From: Candidatus Woesearchaeota archaeon
GTDB lineage: Archaea > Nanobdellota > Nanobdellia > Woesearchaeales > SKGA01
Assembly (NCBI GenBank): GCA_046543005.1
Contig: JBKHAG010000004.1
Location: 1 to 51,768 of the forward strand
Direction of reading: 5' to 3'
DNA: 51,768 nucleotides
The stretch's first letter is position 1, and every line of letters starts with the position of its first letter. Below, in pieces: positions 18,179 through 27,492 of this stretch. The notes under the pieces were generated by a model. That model searched no databases, was not told the origin of the DNA, and saw only the letters and a list, made by a program, of their open reading frames with translations. The translations under genes were made by a program, and so were the position numbers.

Positions 18179-18434
18179 TTGTTTTCACATCCCCCCGAAG
18201 GGTTTTTTGTCACTAAGAAAGCTATCGCTACAATCTATTTGTTTGCGTTAACTTCTTGTGGAAAGAGGAAACACCTCAAGTCCTTTCGTATGAAAGGCAC
18301 CCCATCCCTTTTCAAGTAACATACAAAGGTGAGACTGAACCATATATAAATATATTGGTATTGGAAAATATATGTTAAAAAATAAAATGATTAAAATATA
18401 TAACAAAAATAATTCAAAAACCTTCAAAAACCAA

Positions 18435-18986
18435 CTAATACTGCTTTAAAGACTCTGATTCAAACAAAATCTTTTTCTTCCCAGGATACAATCCCATAGA
18501 CGACATTTGATTATATTGATCTGGCGTGAGCACTAAAAGAATTATATTAAAGGCGTATTTATCAGACATATAAAGAGCATTTCGCTTAATACTCTCTTCA
18601 TCCATGTTTTCACCTATTACAATAACATTTGCGCTGTCTTTTTCTTCTTTGCCATGCAAAACAACCATTTCAACACCAGAGAACTCTTTTATAGAACGTA
18701 CAAATTCTGCAACAGCGGATTTTCTATCTTGGAACAAGTCTAAAAGAAAGCGATTCGACTCCGTATTCATTGAATAAAGCTTAAATTTCTTTATTTTAGT
18801 AATAGTTAAAATATCTTCATCAACAAGGCGATTAAGAACTCTATACGTTGTAGAAGGAGGGAGGCGCGTTAATTTAGACACTTCACGCAGATAATATTGT
18901 TGCTCCTCGTGATTTATAAATAGTTTAAGAACTTTTAGTAAAGAAGAATCAATTAATGCCTCTAAAACATCACGTTTTACCGCCAT
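18435..18986 (-). CDS. Winged-HTH regulator with degenerate nucleotidyltransferase-like C-domain
   Basis: YYLREVSKLTRLPPSTTYRVLNRL HTH; VVLHG...SANVIVIG where FGS...SDID is expected; start at MAVKR about 22 nt below TTTATAAA. Confidence 0.7.
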   Translation of the reverse strand: MAVKRDVLEALIDSSLLKVLKLFINHEEQQYYLREVSKLTRLPPSTTYRVLNRLVDEDILTITKIKKFKLYSMNTESNRFLLDLFQDRKSAVAEFVRSIKEFSGVEMVVLHGKEEKDSANVIVIGENMDEESIKRNALYMSDKYAFNIILLVLTPDQYNQMSSMGLYPGKKKILFESESLKQY

Positions 18987-19028
18987 ACATTCTTCACGAA
19001 GAAGTTCTTTATAAAGATATCGCTGTTT

Positions 19029-19081
19029 TGGAACAACGTTCCAACGGTGGTGAACTGTTCCATTTATGGAAGCTTGTTCCA
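19029..19081. promoter_or_regulatory. Three tandem 15-bp palindromic operators, TGGAAC-N3-GTTCCA, 19-bp period
   Basis: TGGAACaacGTTCCA (19029), TGGtgaactGTTCCA (19048), TGGAAgcttGTTCCA (19067), just upstream of the TATA box at 19008-19015. Confidence 0.7.
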
Positions 19082-19186
19082 TAATTGAATATAATTGTTA
19101 TATCATCAACAAAACAACATTTAAAGAGATTTGCTAAAAAAATAAAAAGAAATTACACCAACCAAAGAAAAGAAAAAGAACTACAT

Positions 19187-20935
19187 CTATTGAGCATAAT
19201 ATAATTCTTCAATATCTTCAACATAAGCAATATCATCCAAAGCCCTATCTGGTCGCAAACGAATTACTCGAGGAAAACGCAAGGCATAACCCGAACCATA
19301 CGTAGGACTTTTTTGAATTTCTTCATACGCAATTTCTACAACCACTTCAGGTTTTACAACAACCTCTTTAGAAATCTTATCAACTATTAAAGGTTCTAAA
19401 AGAGAAGTAAGCTGAGCAAAAGTAACCATATCAGGATCATCTGATTTCTCTTTCATTCCAGTCCCTACTTTTCCAACCTCAACAAAGTCTCCAGAATCCG
19501 TACGACAAGCAAGAGTAAAGCTTGTAAGCCACTTACTTCGCTTCCCATTACCCCACTGCGCACCTACAATTACCAAATCTAATTCTTGCATTGTAGGTTT
19601 CATCTTAATCCACGCAGATACTCTGCCACCTGGCTGATAAGGTGCATTAAGATTTTTAATCATAATTCCTTCATTTCCAGCAGCTAAGGATTTTTGATAA
19701 AAAGCCCGGGCTTCAGACTCAGTAGATATTTGATCACCTTTAGCCAATATAAGTTGTAGTGGCTTTTGAACAACAATTGAACGAAGTAAATCTAGACGTT
19801 GAGACAAAGATTTATCAAAAACTACTTTTGAATCAATTAATAAAATATCAAATACCAAAATTTCAACAGGTAATTCTTTTGCTAACACTCCAATATCATA
19901 TTTTCTTTTAATTCGTTTAGATATATGTTGAAAAGGTTGATACTTAGACGTCTTAGGATCATAGCCCACAATTTCAGCATCCACAATACAATCGCCCTGT
20001 AAACGTTCTTTTACGACCGCGACCACATCAGGAAACTGAGCAGTCACATCTTCTAAGCGTCGAGTAAACAACCAGATGCGAGAATCTTTCTTATGAATTT
20101 GCATACGAAAACCATCATATTTATACTCGAGGCGTACAGGAAGTCCTGTTCGTGCAAAAGCAGCTTCAAAAGTTTTTTCTTTTCGTGCAAGCATACACCG
20201 ACAAGGAGTACCTATTTTAAGACGAATTGCACTTAATGGTTTTCCTTGTTTTACATGTTTTACTACCTGGGCAACATCTACAGTAAGATCTAAAGCCTCT
20301 CGAAGAGCTTCCTTTGCTTCACCAATAGTTGCATAAGGATATTTTATCGTGTAATTAATAATATGTTCTTCTTTAATATAAGAAAAATCTTGAGTAAAGT
20401 AAGCATATGCTAGCGCGTCACGAATTGTTCCCTGAGCAACACCGACACGTAAATCCTCAAGCACTATTCTTACTAAAAATTTTGCTTCTAAAGAGGTTGC
20501 ACTTGTAAGCAAGCCACTAAGTTCTGCTAATTTTTGGTCTTGAGAACCAATACCTTCTTGAGATGCTAAATGTCGAAGTGAAGAAAATACGGATTGCACA
20601 GTAAGGCTCGTAGAAAATAGGGTTTGTTGTTTTTTTGTAGAATGAAGAGCTTGAGCGACTTCCCCCAAATCCCCTTTTTGTTTAAACAAGGCAAGAACTT
20701 CAGATTCGCTATGACCTGTTGATTGAGCAAGAGCTTTTAACACCAATTTTGCAGCCAAACCTAAAGTTTTAGCCTCCCATTCAGGATACACCATACCTTG
20801 AAGAAGCAAAATACATTCATCAACATGATCTAAAGGGATTTTTTGCAAAAATGTCGCTAAAATAGCTGTTTTTTCCAAACGAGAATTTGTTTGCGACAGT
20901 GCATCGTAAACATCAACTAACGAACTAAATTTCAT
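19187..20935 (-). CDS. lig: ATP-dependent DNA ligase
   Basis: EYKYDGFR adenylation motif, EGIMIK, WIKMK, ALRFPR. Confidence 0.97.
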   Translation of the reverse strand: MKFSSLVDVYDALSQTNSRLEKTAILATFLQKIPLDHVDECILLLQGMVYPEWEAKTLGLAAKLVLKALAQSTGHSESEVLALFKQKGDLGEVAQALHSTKKQQTLFSTSLTVQSVFSSLRHLASQEGIGSQDQKLAELSGLLTSATSLEAKFLVRIVLEDLRVGVAQGTIRDALAYAYFTQDFSYIKEEHIINYTIKYPYATIGEAKEALREALDLTVDVAQVVKHVKQGKPLSAIRLKIGTPCRCMLARKEKTFEAAFARTGLPVRLEYKYDGFRMQIHKKDSRIWLFTRRLEDVTAQFPDVVAVVKERLQGDCIVDAEIVGYDPKTSKYQPFQHISKRIKRKYDIGVLAKELPVEILVFDILLIDSKVVFDKSLSQRLDLLRSIVVQKPLQLILAKGDQISTESEARAFYQKSLAAGNEGIMIKNLNAPYQPGGRVSAWIKMKPTMQELDLVIVGAQWGNGKRSKWLTSFTLACRTDSGDFVEVGKVGTGMKEKSDDPDMVTFAQLTSLLEPLIVDKISKEVVVKPEVVVEIAYEEIQKSPTYGSGYALRFPRVIRLRPDRALDDIAYVEDIEELYYAQ

Positions 20936-20994
20936 TGCATTATCCCCTACACAAGATGAATGAAGAGAAGTTTTTAAGCGTTTGGAAAAGAAAA

Positions 20995-21058
20995 GAACGT
21001 TTCCACAAAGGACTGAGGTGTTATGAGGCGCGTAAGAACAACCTTTGTAGAAACGTTC
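20995..21058. terminator. 17-bp inverted repeat (16/17), possible terminator or RNA stem
   Basis: GAACGTTTCcACAAAGG ... CCTTTGTaGAAACGTTC. Confidence 0.5.
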
Positions 21059-21082
21059 AAATGGTTAAAGAAGGGTTGAGCG

Positions 21083-21205
21083 CTACACCACATCACAAAA
21101 GGCAGTGTTCCACAAATAATCTTCAATAGCTTGTTGTTCTTCATCATAAATAAGACCTGCTTGACTAAGCATAGCAGATAACTGTTTAGGGTAGGTTGAT
21201 TTCAT
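21083..21205 (-). CDS. 40-aa small acidic protein
   Basis: MKSTYPKQLSAMLSQAGLIYDEEQQAIEDYLWNTAFCDVV; GGAGGGG RBS; starts 1 nt after the upstream stop codon. Confidence 0.5.
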   Translation of the reverse strand: MKSTYPKQLSAMLSQAGLIYDEEQQAIEDYLWNTAFCDVV

Positions 21206-21206
21206 T

Positions 21207-21341
21207 TTACAAACCCCCTCCAACAGATCCTACAAAAGCATCTGAAAATTGATAATCATATGAATTCATTGCAGATTGTACAGATAATTTTTTTATTTGA
21301 TTAAAAAAAAGTTGTTCGATATGTTTTTGGTTTTCTTGCAT
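21207..21341 (-). CDS. 44-aa small protein
   Basis: MQENQKHIEQ...VGGGL preceded by a perfect GGAGGTGA RBS. Confidence 0.55.
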   Translation of the reverse strand: MQENQKHIEQLFFNQIKKLSVQSAMNSYDYQFSDAFVGSVGGGL

Positions 21342-21503
21342 AGTTTCACCTCCAAGGCCATTTTGCCTTGTATATATAATTGAGTAGAAAGTGTTTATAT
21401 ATCTCGCACGAGCATGTCCAGTGCTTGTGTTAATTTCTATATTCATTACTTAAGGGTAGTGTAATATAGAAATATTTATAAATAAAAGGACATTCCACAA
21501 AAT

Positions 21504-21863
21504 ATGAAACCAAAACAAACTCTTGGAAAAATATTATTGTACGGATCATTTCTAGCAACAATAGCAAGCGCATATAATTGCTCTTCAACACAAAATACAA
21601 CCTCAAACAATAAAGAATTTGAATCTGAAAAATTCAAAGGAACAGCAGTATTTAGAGGATATCGATACAAAGGAGATGAGCTTTATGGTGTTCATTTTAA
21701 ATTAGAAGGACAACCCGAAAAATTCACCATTATAGGCAAAGATACAACAGCAGATTATTATTCTAAAACAATACCAGGAAGCAAAATAAAATTCGAAGCA
21801 ATTCAAAAATCAGAAAACGGAAGATATTTTGTAAATGAAAAAAAATTAAAAATAAAAAAATAA
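21504..21863 (+). CDS. Putative secreted or lipoprotein
   Basis: Basic N-terminus, hydrophobic stretch, Cys followed by S/T/N-rich linker, small beta-rich domain. Confidence 0.6.
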   Translation: MKPKQTLGKILLYGSFLATIASAYNCSSTQNTTSNNKEFESEKFKGTAVFRGYRYKGDELYGVHFKLEGQPEKFTIIGKDTTADYYSKTIPGSKIKFEAIQKSENGRYFVNEKKLKIKK

Positions 21864-21868
21864 AAAAA

Positions 21869-22258
21869 TTATTTTGTAACGTCCATTACTTGCACAGCAG
21901 CAGTCGTTTCATGAGAAACACCAACCACAGGACCATTAGAAGTATCAATCGTACAATCAGAACCCTCATTACAAGGAGGAGCAAAATAATCAACCAAATC
22001 ACGACCACCAGCATAATAGTCTTCTACAACACATTTACACCATTGTTGATCACGAACTACAGTTTTATAACTAGTCCCAACAACAGCTTCTCCAGCTACA
22101 TTTGCATCATCAGACACATAATCAGCAGAAGGCATATTCGCAGAACCACCCGTACTTGTCATCATCACTAAACCAATCACTCCAACAATTGCAACAACAG
22201 CAACAAGTGAAAGAAGTGCTAAACTATTATTACTTTTTTCAACGTCATTTTTTACCAT
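21869..22258 (-). CDS. Membrane-anchored Cys-containing surface protein
   Basis: LALLSLVAVVAIVGVIGLV anchor, NVAGEA linker, 4 Cys; GAGGTGA RBS. Confidence 0.7.
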   Translation of the reverse strand: MVKNDVEKSNNSLALLSLVAVVAIVGVIGLVMMTSTGGSANMPSADYVSDDANVAGEAVVGTSYKTVVRDQQWCKCVVEDYYAGGRDLVDYFAPPCNEGSDCTIDTSNGPVVGVSHETTAAVQVMDVTK

Positions 22259-22347
22259 TTTAAAATATTCACCTCACAAAAACGCTTAAAGCATCATGCA
22301 ATAACACACACAAAACAAAAAGACATTTATAAATGTTTCTACAAAAA

Positions 22348-22506
22348 GACCCTGTTCAAAAAGGAGTCTTTATGTATACTGCCAATTACAACACAAACAG
22401 TAATCTGGTTATGTGCTTACCTGTTCACTACTTGCTCGTTATTTATCTCAAGGCGATAATAATAATAACGCGCAGTATACAGATGTACAGTATTTTAAAC
22501 AAGGTC
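22348..22506. mobile_element. MITE copy B (different central segment)
   Basis: TIR GACCcTGTTcAAAA / TTTTaAACAaGGTC; flanks TACAAAAA / TACAAGAA (7/8). Confidence 0.8.
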
Positions 22507-22580
22507 TACAAGAAAACCTAAAAAAAGAGCGCGAACAATTGCCAGAACAGATAAAAACAATAAAAAATTGCAATTTTTAA

Positions 22581-22750
22581 GGATTTGTCCTAAGTCTTTG
22601 AGTTAGCCAATAACATCTACACCAGTAGTACTTAAAATTCAAAAAAATTTCAAAGAAAAAAAGAGAAAAAAACACTTAGCATTAAGCAGTATTTTTTCTA
22701 TGATGTTGGCAAGGAAGAAGTGTTATTCATGGGACTCTTAAAACAAACCC
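22581..22750. mobile_element. MITE G, second subfamily (unrelated interior)
   Basis: TIR GGaTTTGTccTAAG / CTTAaaACAAAcCC; subterminal GCCAA..CATC/GATGTTGGC repeat; flanks AATTTTTA(A) / AATCTTTA. Confidence 0.55.
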
Positions 22751-22852
22751 AATCTTTACAAAAGCTTTATAAATATACTTTAAATTCTTGTCGTAAGCAA
22801 GCACAAATTGTGTGTATTGCTCATTATTATCTATTTGAGGTATTTTTTTACA

Positions 22853-23251
22853 ATGGCAGGAGAAATTAAACATATCAGTACCAGTTCCTTAAAAAAAGGA
22901 AGTTACATCAACGTTGACGGCATCGCATCAACTGTTACAGACATTAGTATTTCACGACCAGGAAAACACGGTCACGCAAAAGCAAATATTATGGCTGTAG
23001 GAATGATAGATGGTAAAAAACGTAATATGGTTACTGGCGATCACGAAGTAGAAGCTCCTGTTATTGGCAAGAAAAACGCTCAAGTATTATCCATTAATGC
23101 AGATCATGCAAACGTTATGGACTCAGAAACATACGAAACCTTTGATTTAGCAATTCCCAAAGAACTTCAAGGAACTGTAGCTGAAGGAAATACTATCGTA
23201 TACTGGGAAATTATGACTGATCGGGTAATGAAACAGGTAAAGAACGATTAG
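22853..23251 (+). CDS. eif5a: Translation factor aIF5A
   Basis: SRPGKHGHAK hypusine loop, VMDSETYETFDL; GAGGT RBS before ATG at 22853. Confidence 0.96.
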   Translation: MAGEIKHISTSSLKKGSYINVDGIASTVTDISISRPGKHGHAKANIMAVGMIDGKKRNMVTGDHEVEAPVIGKKNAQVLSINADHANVMDSETYETFDLAIPKELQGTVAEGNTIVYWEIMTDRVMKQVKND

Positions 23252-23337
23252 TTGTTTACAGTCTCAAAAATTTGAATAAATTTTTAAGGACACATAAAAA
23301 GCAACTAAAAATCAAAAACAATTCATAGGTGAATATT

Positions 23338-23499
23338 ATGGCTAAATTTCCAGAAGCACACGCTCGACTCGAAAAAAACATGTTTGTATGTAAAGATTGC
23401 AAAGCAAAATTTCGAGCTCAACAAATGAAAGTATTACAAGGTAAAATTTCTTGTAGAAAATGTCACAGTAAAGCATTACGATCTGTTCGTAAAAAATAA
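23338..23499 (+). CDS. rpl40e: 50S ribosomal protein eL40
   Basis: Not in the ORF track. MAKFPEAHARL..VCKDCKA...CRKCHSKALRSVRKK; AGGTGA RBS. Confidence 0.92.
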   Translation: MAKFPEAHARLEKNMFVCKDCKAKFRAQQMKVLQGKISCRKCHSKALRSVRKK

Positions 23500-23533
23500 A
23501 ACAACGTTTTATTTTTCCTTTTTCTTCACTTTT

Positions 23534-25573
23534 TTATTCTTCATTAAATAATACAGTACAAAGTTCTATAAAAGTTGCAACAGACCAGGTTTGTGCTAAA
23601 CTTCCTTGCCCTGTTTGATATAACGCGCCAGAAAGTTCACTTGCGCTTCCTGCAAACCCTAATTCTAAAATATCTTTAGCATGAGCATTAAGTAGTTTAG
23701 AAATAAAAACAGCAAATTCTTCAGAGTCAACACGATACAGACTTTGCGCTGCAAGAGCATTTACAAAATACCATGAGTCCCCACGATGATAACTTTTATT
23801 ATTCTCTCCAGAATAAGATGGTTCAAATAAAAAATGTTTTGAAGACAAAGTACTCAAGCCACCCCAAGGTTGCCAAAGTTTTTTTACATGGGCTTGGAAA
23901 ATTTTTTTCCATTCATTTGTAGAGCATAATTTAGGCGCTAAATAAAAAGCAATAAAAACATTTGGTCGTAGTGTTTGATCAACATCACCATTTGCAAAAA
24001 AGCCATCTATCATTTTTGCATCTAAATCAAAACGTAAAAAAGAAGTTCTAATAGTCTGAATTAAGGCGTCATGTTCTACTCGAAGAGAAGAATATAATGG
24101 ACTGTTTATTTTTTTTGCAAGAAGCAAAATCGCTTCATACAATGCGACGTATCCTGCTTGTATTTCAATTCTAAAACCTGCACGACCATCGTCCATAAAC
24201 TGCGTATCCATCCATGTTTCACAAGACTTATTTTCAAACAATGCATTCTCTTTTTGTAAAGATTTTTTTGCGTGCTCTAAAGCGTTATGAAGTTGTGAAA
24301 ACCAAAAAACCAATTCTTGTGCAGACAATACAACAAATAATGAATCAATGTCTTCAAGTAATGAAATGTATCTTGTTACTTGTTTTCCTAAAATACCTAA
24401 GGAGTCTGCATGCTCTAACGTTGTTTTTGGAAATCGAGAAGGTAATTCTCCTTTTGGAGAAATACTGTGAATATAACGATGTAAAATCTCGCCTATTGTT
24501 GCTAAGCGTTGAGCATCAACGGAATCTGTTTGATGCAAAGCAAGACTTTTATTTTTTTCCACCAAGGAAAATAATCCGCTTAAAGAAAGTAATTCGTCAC
24601 GAGACCAAAAGTGAAAAAACCAAGGTAAGCCCGCGAATAATCCTCGCAAGGGCGTATTAAAAGATATGATCTGAGTAAGCTGGTGAAGTGAATGCGTTGC
24701 AAGACGCGCAGCGCTTTGCAATCGTCGTGAAGGAAGAGCGTCCCACGTTGGCATGCAAGTATACACGTGTTCGTGTAAGTCCCCGCTTATATGCGCATGA
24801 TCAAAAAATAATAATTGGGCTTCTTCTTTTGCTTCTTCTAAAGTAGACGCACATACAAAAACTGCAACTTTAGGTGTGTCAAAAGTGAATGCGTCATACA
24901 CCCAATAGGTATCTTGAGCCCCTCTTTGTTTATTTGAAGAATATTTTTTTTCTTTCCAGTTTTGTAAAAAATTTATATTGTTAACGCCCTTACAAGCAAG
25001 ATAATAATCAAAGGATTCTTGTGAAAGAGAGGTTGTTGAAGTTTGTTGTTTTTTAAAATGTAAAATCAAAAGATCTTCTTTGTGATATGCAACCTCATAA
25101 AATCGTCCAAATTGAGAGCCTTCAAAGGTTTCTCGAGGATCAAGAGTTAATCGGATAGGTCCTTTAATAGTATTTGTTTCATAAAATAAAGCATTTTTGT
25201 AAGGAATAAATACATCACGTCCTCCGTTTTCAAAACTTCGACGAAAAGCATACCCTTGATGATAAAGAGTTGTGCATTTTCCTTGAAAAAGAGGCTGTAT
25301 TGATTCAATAATTTTGTTTAGTTTCCACGTTTGTGGCTTGAAAAGATACCAACCACCATAACTTGAAGTGTCATCTAGTGCAACATAGCCTCCTTCATTA
25401 TTGGTAATCAAAGATTTGCAAGGACCTTGAGTTGAATAATCATAATCAACGAATTTATAGACTCGTTTAACAAATGAATCAGAAGAAAAAGTAGTAGCAT
25501 TTTCATTGGTAGTATTGTCATAATTAGTATTCTTATGAGTATTATTAGGATTATTATTATAATTACTAGTCAC
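23534..25573 (-). CDS. Glycogen debranching enzyme (amylo-alpha-1,6-glucosidase)
   Basis: AGLPWFFHFWSRDE, TWMDT..R.G..IEIQA, YHRGDSW, SEL...AQTWS motifs. Confidence 0.85.
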   Translation of the reverse strand: MTSNYNNNPNNTHKNTNYDNTTNENATTFSSDSFVKRVYKFVDYDYSTQGPCKSLITNNEGGYVALDDTSSYGGWYLFKPQTWKLNKIIESIQPLFQGKCTTLYHQGYAFRRSFENGGRDVFIPYKNALFYETNTIKGPIRLTLDPRETFEGSQFGRFYEVAYHKEDLLILHFKKQQTSTTSLSQESFDYYLACKGVNNINFLQNWKEKKYSSNKQRGAQDTYWVYDAFTFDTPKVAVFVCASTLEEAKEEAQLLFFDHAHISGDLHEHVYTCMPTWDALPSRRLQSAARLATHSLHQLTQIISFNTPLRGLFAGLPWFFHFWSRDELLSLSGLFSLVEKNKSLALHQTDSVDAQRLATIGEILHRYIHSISPKGELPSRFPKTTLEHADSLGILGKQVTRYISLLEDIDSLFVVLSAQELVFWFSQLHNALEHAKKSLQKENALFENKSCETWMDTQFMDDGRAGFRIEIQAGYVALYEAILLLAKKINSPLYSSLRVEHDALIQTIRTSFLRFDLDAKMIDGFFANGDVDQTLRPNVFIAFYLAPKLCSTNEWKKIFQAHVKKLWQPWGGLSTLSSKHFLFEPSYSGENNKSYHRGDSWYFVNALAAQSLYRVDSEEFAVFISKLLNAHAKDILELGFAGSASELSGALYQTGQGSLAQTWSVATFIELCTVLFNEE

Positions 25574-27446
25574 GAGAATTCACCACAGTATTTTTTTGTA
25601 AAGAAGTTGTCATTGCTTCAACATAAACTTTTTCATACAAAGGAATAAATAAAGACCAACTTGCTTTAAGAGATATTTCTTGAGCATTAAATTTACTTTT
25701 AACACGGTCTTGTTTTGACGAAAAAACAAATTTTTCTAAAATACGATACACGTCGTGGCTGAATTTTTTTTTATCTTGAGTGTAATCAACAACGTGAAGT
25801 CCGACATGGTCTTGAGAAAGTAAAGGTTTCATGAATCGTCCAAATCCTGTTTGTGAAGTGGTTATTGCAGGAACTGCTTGAGCTATAGATTCTAAAGGCG
25901 TATAGCCCCAAGGCTCATATCTGCTAGGGAAAATTCCTAAATGACACCCTTGTATAAAATCTAAATAAGTCATATCTAAAACGCCATCTCGACCATCCAA
26001 GTAAGAAGGAATAAATACAATTTTTACTCGATCATCTTTGTGATTTCTAAGCCCGAGTTCAAAACATTTTTTTAAAATAGGATCTTGATCATAAGGTAAT
26101 TGATGAGTGCATAAAGCAGGAGTTCCACTTTGTTTACTTCGTCTAAATTCTTTTTCTAAAGAAGTGATTAATTCAGGTGAAAAAACCTCTGGTAGCGATT
26201 TAGAAATAATACAAGGACCGGGTTGTGATGATTGCGATAAGACGTCAATAATAACTTGTTCTTCTAAGGCTTGTCGATGTTCTTCTATAGCGTCATATAA
26301 TTTTAGTAAATGATTTTTATTTTCTAAAATTTCAGTTTGTGGTTGCATTTTTAAAGCCCAAGGAATAATAGTACAAAAGAAAATAACAGTTTTTGTACTA
26401 GCTTCATTTTTTAATCGTTTATTGAGTTTTGCAGCAGCCTCAAGTGCAATATCAATTCCTTTGTTTTCAAATTCATAACGACCACTCGTGTAAAAAAATA
26501 CGGTGTTATTAACATCAAATACGTAGTAAGGAAAAAAATATTCAAGTAAAAATTTTCGTAATTTTCGTTTGCTCACAATATGATTATAAGATGATTCTTC
26601 AAAGGTTAATTGTTGATGAGAACTTATACCATTAGGAACAATAAAAACTTCTTTTTCAAAAAAATCCCTACATTCTTGAGCAGTAATTGAAGAAACCGTG
26701 GTTACTTTATCTGCGGTGTTTACCGCTGCATATTCTACAGTATGTTTTCCTATAATCCCTATTTCTTTTGCTTTTAATAATGCAGATTCTTTATTTTTTG
26801 GAAAATGTAAAGGATTAATACTTCGTGAAGATAAGCTTCGTCCAAGCATTGTTGCGTGTGTGGTAAATACGGTTGCAACTTGAGGTTGATAGGAATGTAA
26901 ATAGAGTAAAGCTGCTGCGCTTAGCCATTCATGCGCGTGTAATAATATTTTTTTTGAAGAGAAAAATTTTTGAGTATGATCAACTAATTGGCCTACCGCC
27001 CAAGACCATAGAACAGGTTCATCAAATAAGCTATCAGCGCGTAAAGAATCAACACCATACTGTTCCCAAAGTTCTTTTTTTATACTATTTTTTTGTTCAA
27101 GTAATTGTTTAGTAGGAGAAACAAGTATAGTTTTTGGTCGTCCTATAATATCCCATAATCCATATTCACAACGTATTCCTTTTTTTGCGAGTTGTGAAAA
27201 AATCGCTGCAAAAGAAGCAGGTGCTTGTTGAGGAATAAATTCGGAGGGCAAAGGTTTATTTTCAAACAAAGGACCTATAGCAAAGTATAAGTCGTGGTGT
27301 TGAGAAAGATAAGGAGCTTTTGAAGAAAGTACAGTATAAATTCCTCCGCATTTATTACAAACTTCCCAACTAGCTTCAAATAATATATCAAAGTCTTGAC
27401 TAGAAGAATCTTGCGAATTGTTTTTTTGTTGAGTTGTTCTCACCAT
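25566..27446 (-). CDS. Glycogen synthase, GT3 family
   Basis: FEASWEVCNKCGGIYTV, FTTHATMLGR, SGRYEFENKG, GCHLGIFPSRYEPWGYTPLES. Confidence 0.92.
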   Translation of the reverse strand: MVRTTQQKNNSQDSSSQDFDILFEASWEVCNKCGGIYTVLSSKAPYLSQHHDLYFAIGPLFENKPLPSEFIPQQAPASFAAIFSQLAKKGIRCEYGLWDIIGRPKTILVSPTKQLLEQKNSIKKELWEQYGVDSLRADSLFDEPVLWSWAVGQLVDHTQKFFSSKKILLHAHEWLSAAALLYLHSYQPQVATVFTTHATMLGRSLSSRSINPLHFPKNKESALLKAKEIGIIGKHTVEYAAVNTADKVTTVSSITAQECRDFFEKEVFIVPNGISSHQQLTFEESSYNHIVSKRKLRKFLLEYFFPYYVFDVNNTVFFYTSGRYEFENKGIDIALEAAAKLNKRLKNEASTKTVIFFCTIIPWALKMQPQTEILENKNHLLKLYDAIEEHRQALEEQVIIDVLSQSSQPGPCIISKSLPEVFSPELITSLEKEFRRSKQSGTPALCTHQLPYDQDPILKKCFELGLRNHKDDRVKIVFIPSYLDGRDGVLDMTYLDFIQGCHLGIFPSRYEPWGYTPLESIAQAVPAITTSQTGFGRFMKPLLSQDHVGLHVVDYTQDKKKFSHDVYRILEKFVFSSKQDRVKSKFNAQEISLKASWSLFIPLYEKVYVEAMTTSLQKNTVVNSRD

Positions 27447-27492
27447 CTCTTTTCTCACCTACATAATTCTTGAATGTAAATTCAAGAAGGAA

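Noticed and set aside
18261-18313. GAGGAAAC resembling the RNase P RNA 5' conserved region
   Set aside because: No matching 3' P4 strand and too little room; better explained as an ftsZ leader hairpin
19029-19081. Replication origin (ORB) or mini-CRISPR reading of the TTCCA/TGGAA repeats
   Set aside because: Spacing does not match the ORB consensus, there is no G-string and no cdc6/orc1 nearby; 4-nt gaps are far too short for CRISPR spacers
25495-25573. AAT-rich low-complexity start of the debranching enzyme
   Set aside because: Simple Asn/Thr-rich extension with no regular repeat unit or phase-variation signature
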